DNA from: Chiloscyllium plagiosum
Taxonomy: Eukaryota
Reading direction: 5' to 3'
Length of the DNA: 64,000 nucleotides
Assembly: GCF_004010195.1 (NCBI RefSeq)
Contig: NC_057754.1
Coordinates: 1,526,823 to 1,590,822 of the forward strand
Numbering within the stretch: the stretch's first letter is position 1; every line of letters starts with the position of its first letter. Below are positions 37,300 through 50,665 of the stretch, piece after piece. The notes under the pieces are model-generated. The model did not search any database and was not told the DNA's origin. It saw only the letters and a list, made by a program, of their open reading frames with translations. A program made the translations under genes and the position numbers.

Positions 37300-39290
37300 T
37301 AAGACGATCAGACATAGTAGCAGAATTAGGCCATTTCACTGAGGATGTGCCATACTGTAAGAGGGTCAGTGCTGAGGGAGTGCTGCTCTGTCTGTAAGTC
37401 CATACGCAACAGGAGCAGAATTTTGATATTTGGCCTAATGAGTCTGTTCCACCATTTGAACATGGCTGATATGTTTCTCAAACACATTCTCCTGACTTCT
37501 CCCCATAATCCTTGATCCCTTTACTAATCACAAACCTACCTATCACTGTCTTAAGGACACTCAATGACTTGGTGTCCACAATCATCTGCGGCAATGAATA
37601 CCACAGACTCTCATCCTCTGGCTGATGAAATTCCCCCTCATCTCAGTTCTTAAACATCATCCCTTCACTCTGAGGCTGTGCCCTCAGGTCATAGTTTCTC
37701 CTACGAATGGAAACATCTTGTTCACGTCCACTTTATCCGAATCTCACAGTATTCAATCAGGTCTCCCTTCATCCTTCTAAACTCTATTGAGTACAGACCC
37801 AGAGTCCTCAACAGTTTCTCATATGGCAAAGCCCATATTCCGAGGATAGTTATTATGAAGTAGTTCTTTTGAACCACCTCTGGATCCCCTCCAAGATGAG
37901 TAAGTCCTTTCTTGGATTATGGGGCTCAAACTGCTCTCAGTATTCCAGATATGGTTTGATCAGGGCCTGATCCAGCCTCAACAGTGCACCTTTGTTCTTG
38001 TATTCCAGCCCTCTCGAAATGAATGCTAGCATTGTATTTGCTTTACTAATTGCCAACTGAATCTGCATATTAATGTTAAGTGAATCCAGACTTAGGACTC
38101 CTAATTCCTGTCTGCTACAAATTTCTGAAGCCTTTCCCCATTTAGAAAATTGTCTACACCTTATTCTTTCTGCAAAGTGCATAACCTCACACTTTCCCAC
38201 ATTGTTTTCTATCTGCCACTTCTTTGCCCACTGTCCTAGCCTGTCCAAGTACTTCTGCAGCCTTTTTACCATAAGACCATGGATGTAGGAGCAGAAATTA
38301 GGCCATTTAGTCCATCGAGTCTGCTGTGCCATTCAATCAGGGCTGATAAGTTTCTCAATGCCATTCTCCTCTTTCTCCCTGTAATCCTTGATCCTCTTAA
38401 TACTCAAGAATCTATCTATCTCTATCTTAAATATACTCAATGACCTGGCCTCCACAGCCTTCTGTGGCAATGAGTTCCAAAGATTCGCCACTTTCTGGCT
38501 GAAGAAGTTTCTCCTTATCTCCGTCTCTTTGCACACAGAATTTTGAATTTTCTCCGCATTTGGAAAATAGTCCCTGCCTCTATTCTTCATACCAAAGTGC
38601 ATGACCTCACACTTTCCTACACTGTACTCCATCTGCCACTTGTTTGCCCACTCTGTGAACCTGTCCAAATCCTCCTCCAGCCTCCTTACTTCCTCAATGC
38701 TACGTGTCTCTCTATATATCTTTGTGTGGTCCTCAAACTTAGCCAGAATGCCCTCAGTTCCTTCATCTAGATCGTTAATGTGTAAAGTGAAAAGTTGTGG
38801 TCCCAACATTGAGCCTTGTGCAACACCACCTGCCATCCTGAGAAGGACCCTTTTATCTCCACTCTCTGCTTTCTGCCAGACAGCCAGGCTTCTATCCATG
38901 CGCGCACCTTGCCTCTAACACTGTGGGCCTTTATCTTATTCAGTAGCTTCCTGTGCAGCACCTTGTCAAAGTCCTTTTTGAAGTCCAGGTCTTCACCACT
39001 ATCTCTGGCAGCTAATTCCATCCACGCACTACCCTCTATGTGAAAGTTGCCTCTTGGGTCCCTTTTAAATTTTTCCCCTCTCACCCCCTCAACCTATGAC
39101 CTCTAGTTCTGAACTCCCCAACCCCAGGGATAAGACCTTGTCTATTTATCCTATCCATGCCTCTCATGATGTTATAAACTTCGATAAGGTTACCCCTCAG
39201 CCTCTGACCCTCCAGGGAAAACAGCCCCAACCTACTCAGCCTCTCCCTTTAGCACAAACCCTCCAACCATGGCAATATCCTTGTAAATGG
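37300..39290 (-). mobile_element. Stack of CR1 LINE fragments
   Basis: Several RT/3' pieces (QGSMLGPQLFTLHINDLDEG; KCEVMHF; DFKKDFDKVLH) with internal deletions. Confidence 0.88.
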
Positions 39291-39294
39291 AGTA

Positions 39295-39893
39295 TGTCAC
39301 AAAGGTGGTCCTTTTTTCTAAAAACTGTTCTTTTTCTCAAGGATGCTGTGTCCTTGAGTTTTTTCAGAGAAGCTGTAAACAGGCTGGGCTCCGAAATGGT
39401 CGGGTTTGGTTCCGAGATGAAAGGCCTTTTTGTTGATACGTAAACAGATGAGTCTTTAGGCCAAAGCTTTTATGTTTTTAGAAGTAACCTGTATAAGTCA
39501 AGGGGGCATGGCCAGCTGTCTAACTGAGCAGTTCAGTCCAAAGCTAGTTAAGGCAGTGCAGCAGTGGGGTGTGTGGAAACAGGCTGCTAGATTCTTCCTC
39601 CTTCTGTCCTTCAAACTTTGACCTGTAAGCCTTTGTTTCATTTTTACTGTGTTTAAGGGGTTTGCTTTTGGAGATTGTTGTGGATATTCAGAACAACATA
39701 ATGAAGTCTAGTTTGGATAGACTGAGTTCTGTAGGGGTTCTTTTATTCTGTTCTTTGTATTTCTTTGGGTAATTTTGTGAATAAATTTTTGTCTGTTTTA
39801 AAACCTGGTAGTCAACCTTGCTTACTTACTCTGGATAACTTTCACTTTGCACTTACTGAAACAAGTTGTAAAGTTATGCTCTGAGCTGTAACA
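39295..39893 (+). mobile_element. Solo LTR, 599 bp, 4-bp TSD, inserted in CR1
   Basis: TGTCAC...TGTAACA ends, TSD AGTA at 39291-39294 and 39894-39897, TATAA at about 39492 and AATAAA 39780-39785. Removing it restores CR1 MEYNIGKCEV. Confidence 0.85.
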
Positions 39894-40692
39894 AGTACAA
39901 CATAGGAAAGTGTGAGGTCATATACTTTGGTAGGAAGAAGAAAGGCATGGACTATTTTCTAATTGGGGAGAAAATTCAGAAGTCTGAAGGACAAAGAGAC
40001 TTGGGAGTTCGAGTCCAGGATTCTCTCAAGGTAAACTTGCAGGCTGAGTTAGTGGTTAGGAATGCAATGATGGCATTTATTTGGGAGGACTTGAATATAA
40101 AAGCAGGGATATACTTCTGATGCTCTCTAAAACTCTGGTCAAACCACATCTGGAATATTGTGTGGAGATTTGGGCCCCATATCTCAGGAAGGATGTACTG
40201 GCCCTGGAGTGTGTTCAGAGGAGGTTCATGAGACTGGTCTCAGGAATGAAAAGCTTAATATGTGAGGAACATTTAAGGACTCTGGGACTATACTCGATGG
40301 AGTTTCGAAGGATGAGGGGGGAATCTAATTGAAACGTACAGAATACTGAATGGTCTGAACAGAGAGAATGTTGGGAAGATGTTTCCATTGGTAGGAGAGA
40401 CTATGGCCTGAGAGTACAACCTTAGAGTAGAGCTCTAAAACAGAACGGAGATAAGGAGAAACCTCTTCAGCCAGAGAGTGGGGAATTAATGGAATTCATT
40501 GCCACAGAAGGCTGTGGAGGCCAGGTCATTGAGTATACTTAAGACTGAGAGAGAGAGGTTTTTCAGTATCAAGGGGATCAAGAGTTATGGGGAGAAAGCG
40601 GGAAAATGGGGTTGAGAAACTTAGCAGCCATGATTGAATGGTGGAGCAGACTTAATGAGCTGAATGGCCTGATTTCTACTCCTATGTCTTAT
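39894..40692 (+). mobile_element. CR1-type LINE RT C-terminus and 3' end
   Basis: GLEYKSRDILL..LVKPHLEYCVEIWAPYLRKDVLALE. Confidence 0.9.
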
Positions 40693-40695
40693 TGG

Positions 40696-43260
40696 CTGTC
40701 CTTGGTCTCACGTGCTCATTACTTCCTCAAAGAATTCTAGCGGATTTGTCAGGCATGACCTTTCCTTGATGAAACAATGCTGACTTTCACCTATTTTACT
40801 ATACACTTCCACGTATTCAGAAATCTCATCCTTCACAATGGATTCCAGGAGCTTATCCACGACTGAGGTTAGGCTAATTGGTCTGTAATTTTCCACTTTT
40901 TCCCTACTCCCTTTTTAAACAGGGACGTCATTTTAGCAATTTTCCGGTCCTTTGGAATCCTCCCTTATTCTAACGATTCCTGAAAGATCACCTCTAAAGC
41001 CTGCACTATCTCTTCAGCTATCTCCCTTTGCACTCTGGGGTGTAGTCCATCTGGTCCAGATGATTTATCCACCTTCAGGCCATTCCATTTTTCTAGCACC
41101 TTTTCCTTGGTGATGGCCACCATACTCAGCTCTGCCCCCTCACTCTCCTGAATTTTTGGAATATTACTTGTGTCTTCCACTGTGAAGACTGACACAAAGT
41201 AATTGTTCAGTTCCTCAGCCATTTCCTTGTTCCCCTCTACTATCTCTCCAGTGTCATTTTCCAGCTGCCCCATGTCCTCTTCTGCCTCTCTTTTGCCTTT
41301 TATATATCTAAACAAATTCTTACAATCTTCCTTTATCTTACTGGCTTGCTTACCCTCATATTTAATCTTCTCCCTCCTTATTTCTTTTTCTGTTGCCCTC
41401 TGCTGGTCTTTATAAGCTTTCCATTCCTCTGGATTCCCACTTTCCTTCACCACATTAATTGCTTTCTCTTTTGTTTTTATGCTATCCCTGACTTCCTTTG
41501 TCAGCCATGTTTGCCTCATCCTCCCTGTACCATGCTTCTTTTTCCTTGGGGTGAATCTCTGTGTGTCCCAGAAATTCCTACCATTGCCGTTCCACTGTCT
41601 TTCCTGCTGGACCCCTCTCCTAGTCAATTCTACCCAGCTCCTCCCAAATGACTCTGTATTTGCCTTTATTCAGCTGTAATGCTGTTACCTCTGATTCTAT
41701 CTTCTTCTCAAAATGCAGAGTAAATTCAATCATCGTATGATCACTGCCTCCTAAGGTATCCTTCACCTTAAGCTCCCTTATCAAATCTGCCTCATTGCAC
41801 AACACTAAATCCAGAATTGCCTGTTCCCTCTAGCTGAAGTTGCTCCAAAAAGCCATCTCATAGACATTCCACAATTTCCTTTTCTTGCAATCTACTACCA
41901 ACCTGATTTTCCCAGTCCACCTGCATATTGAAATCTCCCAAGATCACTGTAACTTTGCCTTTCCTGCACATGTTTTCTATCTCCTGGTATATTTTGCACC
42001 ACAGCTCCTGACTATTGTTTGGAGGTCTGTACATAACTCCAACTATAGCTTTTTTCACATTTTGCAGTTCCTCAATTCAACCCCACAAATTCTACACCAT
42101 CTGACCTACTTTGTTTCTTACTCTTGATTTAATTTCATTTCTTACTAATAAGGCAACCCTACCCCCTCTGCCCACCTACCTATCTTTTTGATACGATGTT
42201 TATACTTGAATATTCAGCTCCCAATCCTGATCCCCTTGCATCCACATCTCTGTCTTGGCCACCATTTGAACATGCCAATTTTGATCTGTGCCACTAGCTC
42301 ATTACCTTATTCCTTATACGCTGTGCATTCAGATATAACATCTTCAGTCCTGTATTAACCGTCCCTCTTCTCATTGTCATTTCGTTTGTCCAATGTGCTT
42401 GAAGTTTCGTTGCAAGCCCTTTCTAGCCTTCTCAACACCGCATCTATCTTTCTGTCATCTGCAAACCCAGCAACGATGCCCTCCATTCCAGCGTCCAAAT
42501 TGTTAATGTGTAACATGAATAGTTGTGGTCCCAACACTGACTTCTGTGGAACTCCAGTAGTCACAGGCTGCCATCCAGAAAAAGACCCTTTCATCGCCTC
42601 TCTCTGCCTTCTGACAGTCAGCAAATCCTCTCTTAACTTGCCATTAACTTGCCCCTAACCCTATGGGCTTTTATTGTATTTAGCGTGGCACCTTGTGAAA
42701 AGCCTTCTGGAAACCCAAACGGATGATGTGCACTGGCTGTCCTCTGTCTAACTTTCTTTTTATTTCCTCAAAGGATTTAAACAGATTTGTCAGGCATGAA
42801 ATTCCCTTGACAAAGCTGTGGTGACTTAGCTGTATTTTATCATGCACTTCCAAGTACTCTGCAATCTCATCCTTAATAACTGGCTTGAAAATCTGACCAA
42901 TGTCAAGCTAACTGCATATAATTTCCTGTCTTCTGCCTCCTCCCTTCTTAAACAGGGGTATTATATCAGCCATCAGACCCTCCCTGACTCCAGTGATTCC
43001 TTAAATATCACCGTCAATTCCTCCACAAATCTCCTCAGCTATCTCCTTCAAAAGCCTGGATATCAGTCCAACTGGTCTGGAATTAGAGACCTTCACACCT
43101 TTCAGCTTCCTCAGTAACTTCTTAGTGATGACCACTAAACTCACCTGTGCCCCCAAACTCCCTTGGAGTTCAGATATGGTACTAGTGTCTTCTTCTGTGA
43201 AGATTGATGCAAAGTACCTATTCAGTTCTTCTGCCACTTGTTTGTTCCATGTAAGTACTA
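40696..43260 (-). mobile_element. CR1-type LINE fragments including AP-endonuclease and RT N-terminus
   Basis: VGVMYRPPN..VILGDFN; LGGSDH; KSSGPDGLHPRV; NYRPISLTSVV. A second RT piece lies at 42405-43260. Confidence 0.9.
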
Positions 43261-45429
43261 CTACTGAGTGGAAAAAGTCAGACATAAACCCAACAAGTTT
43301 TTAAATGTGTATAATCTGTCTTTCAGCCTGTCTGATATTAAATATTAAGCTGGTGGATCTCAAATTTAAAACATTGCCAATTCCTTTACCCAATCCTTCT
43401 CTAATCCACATCTTTGAGCCACACAATCCCATTCCCAGATTGTAGGGCAGACTCCAGACCTCTTCTTTATTCTACCAGACTGTAGAATTCATCACTCAGA
43501 AATCCCAGCAATAGCAAGAATGATAATTGATTCTCTTCCTCCAAACCTGATCCTAGTGCTCTAGGAATGTCTATGAATCACCTTTAACACACTAACTACT
43601 TGTGAAGGTGCCTGAACATTTTCATGTCTTCACATTACAGTAGAAAGGGTATCAGTCAAGCTTGAGATTAGCCAACTGATGGACCAACATTCACAGATAC
43701 TGCAAGAGAGAAGAATATTGAGCATAGATTTTTGGGTTTTTCTTTTATTAGTTGCCTTCCTGAAACTAAGAAAACCACACTATGTGCCTGTGACTGCTCA
43801 GTGCTGTACAAAATGCCTTGTCTTCTACTTCTAGATGTTGACCATATGGAGTGTCTTTCCAGACGGTCAGCATTTGAGCAATCGAGGTTACAATTTCGCC
43901 ATGTCTATTATGAGGCTGAATCTGTAATATTGCTGCAACTACTGCACGCATTCATCAAGTCATTTTTGTAACTTGTTAATTGTTCTGGCCACAATTTTGG
44001 AAGTTGTTCTGTACAGAATAGCATGTCAAACGTCTCACCTTTCCAGGATCAGAGCAGAAAGATTGATTCAGTAGCTCATGCCACTACAGACATCAATTTA
44101 CCTTTTGTTTACCTTTGGCTCCATTTAGAGTGAAATAACCTCACTTAGAGTGAAATGATCCCTCAAGGAACGTTTTGACATCTTGCATGGTACTGTTGCA
44201 TCATAGTTAATTATGTGGACGTGCCTTTTATAAGATTTTGAATTATAATGTTCATCTTTGCACAGGTAAGAAAACGTCCTTGCGAAGCTTTGCAGACCAC
44301 TTTACGTTTAATGGTTCCTCAGAAGTCCTTCCGTATGTTCATTCAATTTTAAACTGAGTGCAGTTCAAGAAGCTTGTCCCTATTGCCTGTTAATATCACT
44401 TGTGAGCCTTGCTGTGCATACTTAGAACCAGTAGCTGATGTGCAAGCCTAAAAGCTCTTTGTTGGTAATGCAGGCTTAAAATGAAACAACTGATTTCATT
44501 TTAATTTCCATGACTAATCCATTAGATAACATGGAAACTTCAGCAACAGTCTAATTGAAGTGTTCCTTTTTCTTAGGTATTTCTTAGAAGTGAGAGTTGC
44601 ACCAACTCATCCCAGAAGAATTGGAACTCTGACTGAATCTTTCTTCATTTCTACAAGTAACAGTAGTGGTGATAAGGGATCGAGTTTGAGTTAAATGATG
44701 AACTTGAGCTCTGATGCAGTAAAGAAGCAGATTTTTTTTTGATTTTCCATATTTGGGAAGAAATTATGAAGCTTCACTGCTGGTAATAGTGCCTTATGAA
44801 TTTGCAGCAGAATTGGGGTTGCGCTACAGCCCCATCCCTATTTTCTGTCTAATGAGGTCATGTATCATTCAGAGAGTTTTGCGTTTTCTGCATTTATAAT
44901 CTGTTCTTTATTACTTAAAATGTGCCCTAAATATTTTTGTAATTAGTTGGCCTGACTGAAGGTTTTATAGTGTTGGGCATTGCCATGATGAAACTAACCC
45001 AAAGCGGTGCTTAGCAGTTACTTTCTCCATAAGAAAGGAGTAAAAACAAAACCCGCAAAAATTGTTAACTTGATCATTCTTGTGATGTAAGTGTTAAATA
45101 TAATGGCAATAGTGAGTTGTACACTCAGTGTTTGAAGAGGAAGAGGCAGAATAATATTTTGGATGAGACCCTTTTCCATTTCTTGTTTTCTGATCTCACC
45201 TACTGGAACGTGACACTTTCAGACACTGAGTGACCCATGCATTTTCAGAAGATCCTGCCTTTATTTCAGGCATTTTATCATCACTTGTGGATTTTAATTT
45301 GTCATTCTCAAGCCTGTGACTGGACTGGAATTACTAGGAGCAGGTCATGTTTCTGCAAGCCTTCTGGGTCGTGGATCGATTCCACTGAGAGCCGTTTAAA
45401 ACCTTGAATGAGCACTGAAAATTCTTTAA

Positions 45430-45527
45430 CACAAACAGGAAATGCTGGAAAAGCTCAGCATGTTGGGCAGCATCTGCAAAGAGAAACAGAGTTAATGTCT
45501 CAGGTCCAGTGACCCTTGCTCAGAACC
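45430..45527 (-). mobile_element. 98-bp PLE-derived insert headed by a decayed hammerhead, 13-bp TSD
   Basis: TSD GAAAATTCTTTAA at 45417-45429 and 45528-45540. Minus strand reads gttCTGAGcAagggtcactggacctGAgAC. Confidence 0.8.
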
Positions 45528-46279
45528 GAAAATTCTTTAATTCTTTAATATTTGTCCAGATATAGGATCAAAGGTAAATGAACTTAACTCTGTGGACCAA
45601 TCGAAAACATTGACCAATCAGCCTTTTCCTGCAGGCCACCCCTCTCCCTCTGCCTCTCGTCATCATGGCGATAAAGTCTTATCAACACAGTCTGAATTAT
45701 TCACTCCAGGTTTTTTTTTGGCTGTGCTGTAGTTTTTGATATACTGTACTCTTAATGATTTTTGTATTAAATGGCAAGCTGAAGACTGTGCAGTTAATAA
45801 AATTGTACTTTAAAAGTTGTCTATGACATAATTATAGCAAATTTATGGAGAAATTATTAGCAGCTGAGTACAAAGAAATTGTATGTTAAGACCATGTTAC
45901 TTAACTTGAGGGTTGCAAAATTAACACGAATGGAGCCCTCTGTTGTAAATTGCATGCTGTTATGATTTATAATATGTTCACTTCTGAAACATTGCCAACT
46001 ACTTTCACATTATAAAACAGCAGCCAATGGTATAGTGGTCCACTTGTGATTGTGCTGCATTTCAAAGTCCAGCTTTTTGGGCAGGAGCAGATGCTTGCTT
46101 TTTCTGCAGGTGTTATAAAGTGTTGTTTGATTTCCTAATATGCAACCGCTATAGAGATGGGTTCTGGTTGAAATTGCAACTTGGGGATGTCGCTGTGTTT
46201 AGTAAGAGGGCAGGCTGTACACCAGTAAGACCCTGGCCCCAAGAGCAGAATCTTTTTAGCCACTGAACAAATGGACAAT

Positions 46280-47110
46280 GATGACATGACAGCTGGTAAA
46301 ATATAGTAAGGATTGGAGAAAGTGAGCTTCTTGATGTCTTGGAGGAAAAGGTACATTTTGCCACCTGAGGTTTCAATAACAAGATGAGAATCTTGCTAGT
46401 GAGAAGCAAGAGACCTACTTGCCTGTATTTACATCTCATTGCTGCCTATTCTCACCTTTGTTTATATGCAATTTGCTATTCTCCTCAAAAGCAGAGAGAA
46501 GCTAGATGATGACACTTCATGAAAATCTGAGCAGGCACCTGAAGGCTCCAACTCGCCACTTGCTCTTGTAGGCCTTCTCCTTGGGCAACATTCCCTCAAA
46601 TGTCAAGGCATGCTCCGTGGGCAGCAACCATCTACATCTTTCATCCACGGAAATTGGCATTGAACACATGCTAGCCTTACCATATCATTGTGGTGCATAT
46701 CTGATTCATTTCAATACCGTTATCTACTTCATTACTCTATATGGAGCACACTAGCACCTTGTATTGTAATGCTGTTGTCAGGCTGCTTTGTACACAAGTT
46801 CTGGCACTCATTTCGTGCATCAGGCCAGGGTGCATTTCAGGCTTTTAGTTGGTTTCTTCGTGCTTAGTCACTTTGTGTCTGCTGTGATGTTCACAGCATC
46901 TCTGCATTGCCTTGCTTTGCCTTGCCTTTTTGCGCATTGTCACCTTACTCAGAACTTGCATTCTCATAGTACTTTTGCCTTGCATTTTAGCTTAGACTCA
47001 AAAACATGCAGCTTGCCATGTTTGCCAGCAATGATCGGTCAAGGCGTGAACATGTTGTTGTACATCATTCGGCTACATCAATGTCACACCTGTGGCATGT
47101 GTTACCAGCT
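46280..47110 (+). repeat. Second copy of the unclassified repeat at 20200-21060
   Basis: Shared blocks, e.g. 46380-46420 versus 20345-20395. Confidence 0.55.
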
Positions 47111-47119
47111 TTACCAGCT

Positions 47120-47495
47120 TATGTTAGATGCAGATGCTGGTATCCAAAGTGGACAGGCAGGAGGCTGGAAGCTAGGCAGCATCAGGAGGTGAAGAAGTTG
47201 GCATTTCAGGTGTAACCGTTCCTCAGGACTGGGGGTGGGTGTAGGGGAAACTGCAGGTAAAGGGGGTGGCAGGGGCAGGGTGGTGAAGTGAGGATTCAGA
47301 CTTCCCATTGACCAACCAGGTCTTACTCTCTACCTGTCTTCACCTATCCCCACTTCACCACCCCGCCCCCACCACCCCCTTTATCTGTAGCTCCTCTTAC
47401 ACACATCCCCAGTCCTGAAGAAGGGTTATACCCGAAACGTCGACTTCTCTACCTCCTAATGCTTGCTGTGTTCTTCCAGCTTCCTGCCTGTCACC
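47120..47495. mobile_element. PLE-derived element with ~140-bp inverted arms
   Basis: 47152-47290 is the diverged reverse complement of 47351-47492. Each arm has a hammerhead motif. Confidence 0.8.
47411..47445 (+). ncRNA. Minimal type I hammerhead ribozyme motif (intact core)
   Basis: AGTC-CTGAAGA-a-GGGT tat ACCC-GAAA-C GTC-GACT: stem I AGTC/GACT, core CUGANGA...GAAA, stem II, palindromic ACGT stem III. Predicted cleavage after C47441. Confidence 0.7.
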
Positions 47496-47659
47496 AGGTA
47501 ATGTGGCAAGCTTCAACCAATGGCCATGTCGCAATGCCGGGAGTAGTCCTCAGTCAAGTCGAAGGAGATTGTTGTAACTGGGGGTGCACTGGCAGAGTAA
47601 GCCAAGAGCATCATTCAATATCAGTGCAGAGGCTTGGATGCAGTTAGTTGATTGTTTGG

Positions 47660-48797
47660 TCCCATTGGAATTGGGCCACAGTCAGACCTACAGGTCCTGA
47701 CTGGGAGATCTCAGTTGGTCCGGATTGGGGACAGCATCTCCAACACCATCACACAGAGCACAGGGACCCCCCAGGGCTGTGTACTCAGTCTATTGCTGCT
47801 CACCTTGCTGACACACGACTGTGCGGCGATGCAGAGGTCGAATCACATCATCAAGTTCACTGATGATACGACTGTGGTGTGTCTCATCAGCATGAGCAAC
47901 AAGTTAGCATATAGAGAGGAGGTGCAGCAGTTAACATACTTGTGCAGAGTCAACAACCTGTCTCTGAATGTGGACAAGACAAAGAGATGGTTGTTGACTT
48001 CAGGAGGGCATGGAGCGACCACTCTTCGCTGGAAATCGACTGCTCCCCCGGTGAGATCGTGAAGAGCACCAAATTTCTTGGCATACACCTGGCGGAGAAT
48101 CTCACCTGGACCCTCAATTCCAGATCCATAGCCAAGAAGGCCCAGCAGTGTCTCTACTTTCTGAGCAGGCTGAGGAAAGACCATCTCCCAACCCCCCTCC
48201 CCCCCCATCCACACCATGTTCTACAGAGGGTTCATTGAGAGTACTGAGCTGCTGCATCACTGCCTGGTTCGGGAATTGCACCATCTCGGATCGTAAGACC
48301 CTACAACACCAATAGTGAGGACAGCTGAGAAGATCATTGGGATCCCTCTTCCCTCCATTACAGACATTTACACCGCACTCTGCATCTGAAAGGCTAAGAG
48401 TATTACGGAAGACCCCACACACTCCTCACTTAAACACTTCTCCCTCCTGCCATCTGACAGAAGATACCGGAGCATTCGGTCTCTCACTGCCAGACTGTGC
48501 AACAGTTTCTTCCTCCAAGCCATCAGGCTCCTTAACACAGTATGATCGGACTCTTTCCCATCTGAAGTTCCTTGCACAACTTTGAATTGCTGCTAGAAAA
48601 TGTCTATTATTTATCATTCTTCTATTACACTGTAACGTGCTTGTTTTGCACTTCTTAATCACTTTATGCCGTGTACGATTATCTAGTTTGTGCTGTCTAT
48701 GTAGCACCCTAGGTCCCAGAGGAATGCTGTCTTTTTACTGTAACAGTTGTATATGGTAATAATGACAAATAAAAAGCAACTCTCCTCTACTCTCTAC
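47660..48797 (+). mobile_element. Rex1/Babar-type LINE, 5'-truncated, frameshifted
   Basis: STGTPQGCVLS.LL.TL.THDC..IIKFTDDTTVV.LIS...YREEV...NNLSLNVDKTKEMVVDFRR. AATAAA plus short tandem tail at about 48770-48797. Confidence 0.85.
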
Positions 48798-48957
48798 CTG
48801 TAGCCTGTGCTGAGTTAGCTGTCAGCACCTGAGTTAAAACACTACAATTGGTCTGTCTATCCATTGATAATAGTGCATCATGCTCTGGCTCTTGAATAGT
48901 ATTTGGTGACTTTTTGTGAAAATGAATGCATGGATACATGGAGGATTGAGTGAGATG

Positions 48958-50665
48958 ATGGGTGGCACGGTGGCATAGTGGTTAGCACTGCTGCCTCACA
49001 GCACCAGAGACCCGGGTTTCATCCCTCCGTCGGGCAACTGTCTGTGTGGAGTTTGCACATTCTCCCTGTGTCTGTGCGGGTTTCCTCCGGGTGCTCCGGT
49101 TTCTTCCCACAGTCCAAAGGTGTGCAGCTCAGGTGAATTGGCCATGCTAAATTGCCCGTAGTGTTAGGTGTAGGGGAATGGGTCTGGGTGGGTTGCTCTT
49201 CGGAGGGTCGGTGTGGACTTATAGAACATAGAACATAGAACATAAAACAATACAGCACAGAACAGGCCCTTCGGCCCACGATGTTGTGCCGAACATTTGT
49301 CCTAGCTTAAGCACCCATCCATGTACCTATCCAATTGCCGCTTAAAGGTCACCAAAGATTCTGACTCTACCACTACCACAGGCAGCGCATTCCATGCCCC
49401 CACCACTCTCTGGGTAAAGAACCCACCCCTGACATCTCCCCAAACCCTTCCACCCTTCACCTTAAATTTACGTCCCCTTGTAACACTCTGTTGTACCAGG
49501 GGAAAAAGTTTCTGACTGTCTACTCTATATGCACTGGTGTTTTTACTATCATAATGGATAAATCCAGCCTTCACAATTTGCTTTATAAAAATCGCATCCT
49601 GTCTTTAAAATCTTTTGAAGAACTTGTTGAAAGCTCTTGAAGATTATTCTAGTACTTGATAGTATCATGATCAAGCTTCACAATTTCAGAAAACCCTGTA
49701 TTTCGCATTCTTATTTGTCTTTCCAAAATGGACAACCTTACATTTGGCAGGGTTGAACTCCATCTGCCACTCCTCAGCCCAGCTCTGCATCATATCTAAG
49801 TCCCTCTGCAGCCGACAACAGCCCTCCTCACTATCCCCAACTCCACTAATCTTCGTCTCATCTGCAAATTTACTGACCCACCCTTCGACTCCCTCATCTA
49901 AGTCATTAGTATAACTTACAAACAGCAGAGGACCCAGAACTGATGCCTGCGGAACTCCACTTGTAACTGGGCTCCAGGCTGAATGTTTACCATCTACCAC
50001 CACTCTCTGCCTTCGGCCGGTTAGCCAGTTTTCTATCCAATTGGCAAAATTTCCCTCTCTCCCATGCCTCCTGACTTTCCGCATCAGCCTACCATGGGGA
50101 ACCTTATCAAATGCCTTACTAAATTCCATGTACACTACATCCACTGCTCTACCCTCTTCCACATGCTTGGTCACCTCCTCGATGAATTCAATAAGACTTG
50201 TAAGGCAAGACCTCCCCTTCACAAATCCGTGCTGGCTGTCCCTAATTAAGCAGTGTCTTTCCAGATACTCATAAATCCTATCCCTCAGTACCCTTTCCAT
50301 TACTTTGCCTACCACCGAAGTAAGACTAACTGGCCTGTAATTCCCGGGGTTACCCCTATTCCCTTTTTTGAACAGGAGCACAACATTCGCCACTCTCCAG
50401 TCCCCTGGTACCACCCCCGTTGACAGTGAAGATGAAAAGATCATTGCCAACGGTTCTGCAATTTCCTCTCTCGCTTCCCACATAATCCTAGGATATATCC
50501 CATCAGGCCCGGGGGACTTATCTATACTCAAGTTGTTCAAAATGTCCAACATATCTTTCTTCCTAACATGTATCTCCTCGAGCTTACCAGTCCATTTCAC
50601 ACTCTCCTCTTCAACAATACGGCCAAAGGGCCTGTTTCCACACTGTAAGTAATCTAATCTAATCT
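48958..50665 (+). mobile_element. HE1-like SINE split by a CR1 insertion (head 48958-49220, tail 50621-50665)
   Basis: The SINE stops at ...gtgtggactt and resumes at ggccaaagggcctgtttccacactgtaagtaatctaatct. Confidence 0.85.
49221..50620 (-). mobile_element. Young CR1-type LINE (304-aa open RT segment) with internal deletion/filler
   Basis: ORF 49686-50600 contains KSPGPDG, NYRPVSLTS, FSKAFDKVPH, GVPQ.SVLGPLLF and KFADETK. (TTCTATG)n tail at 49221. Confidence 0.93.
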
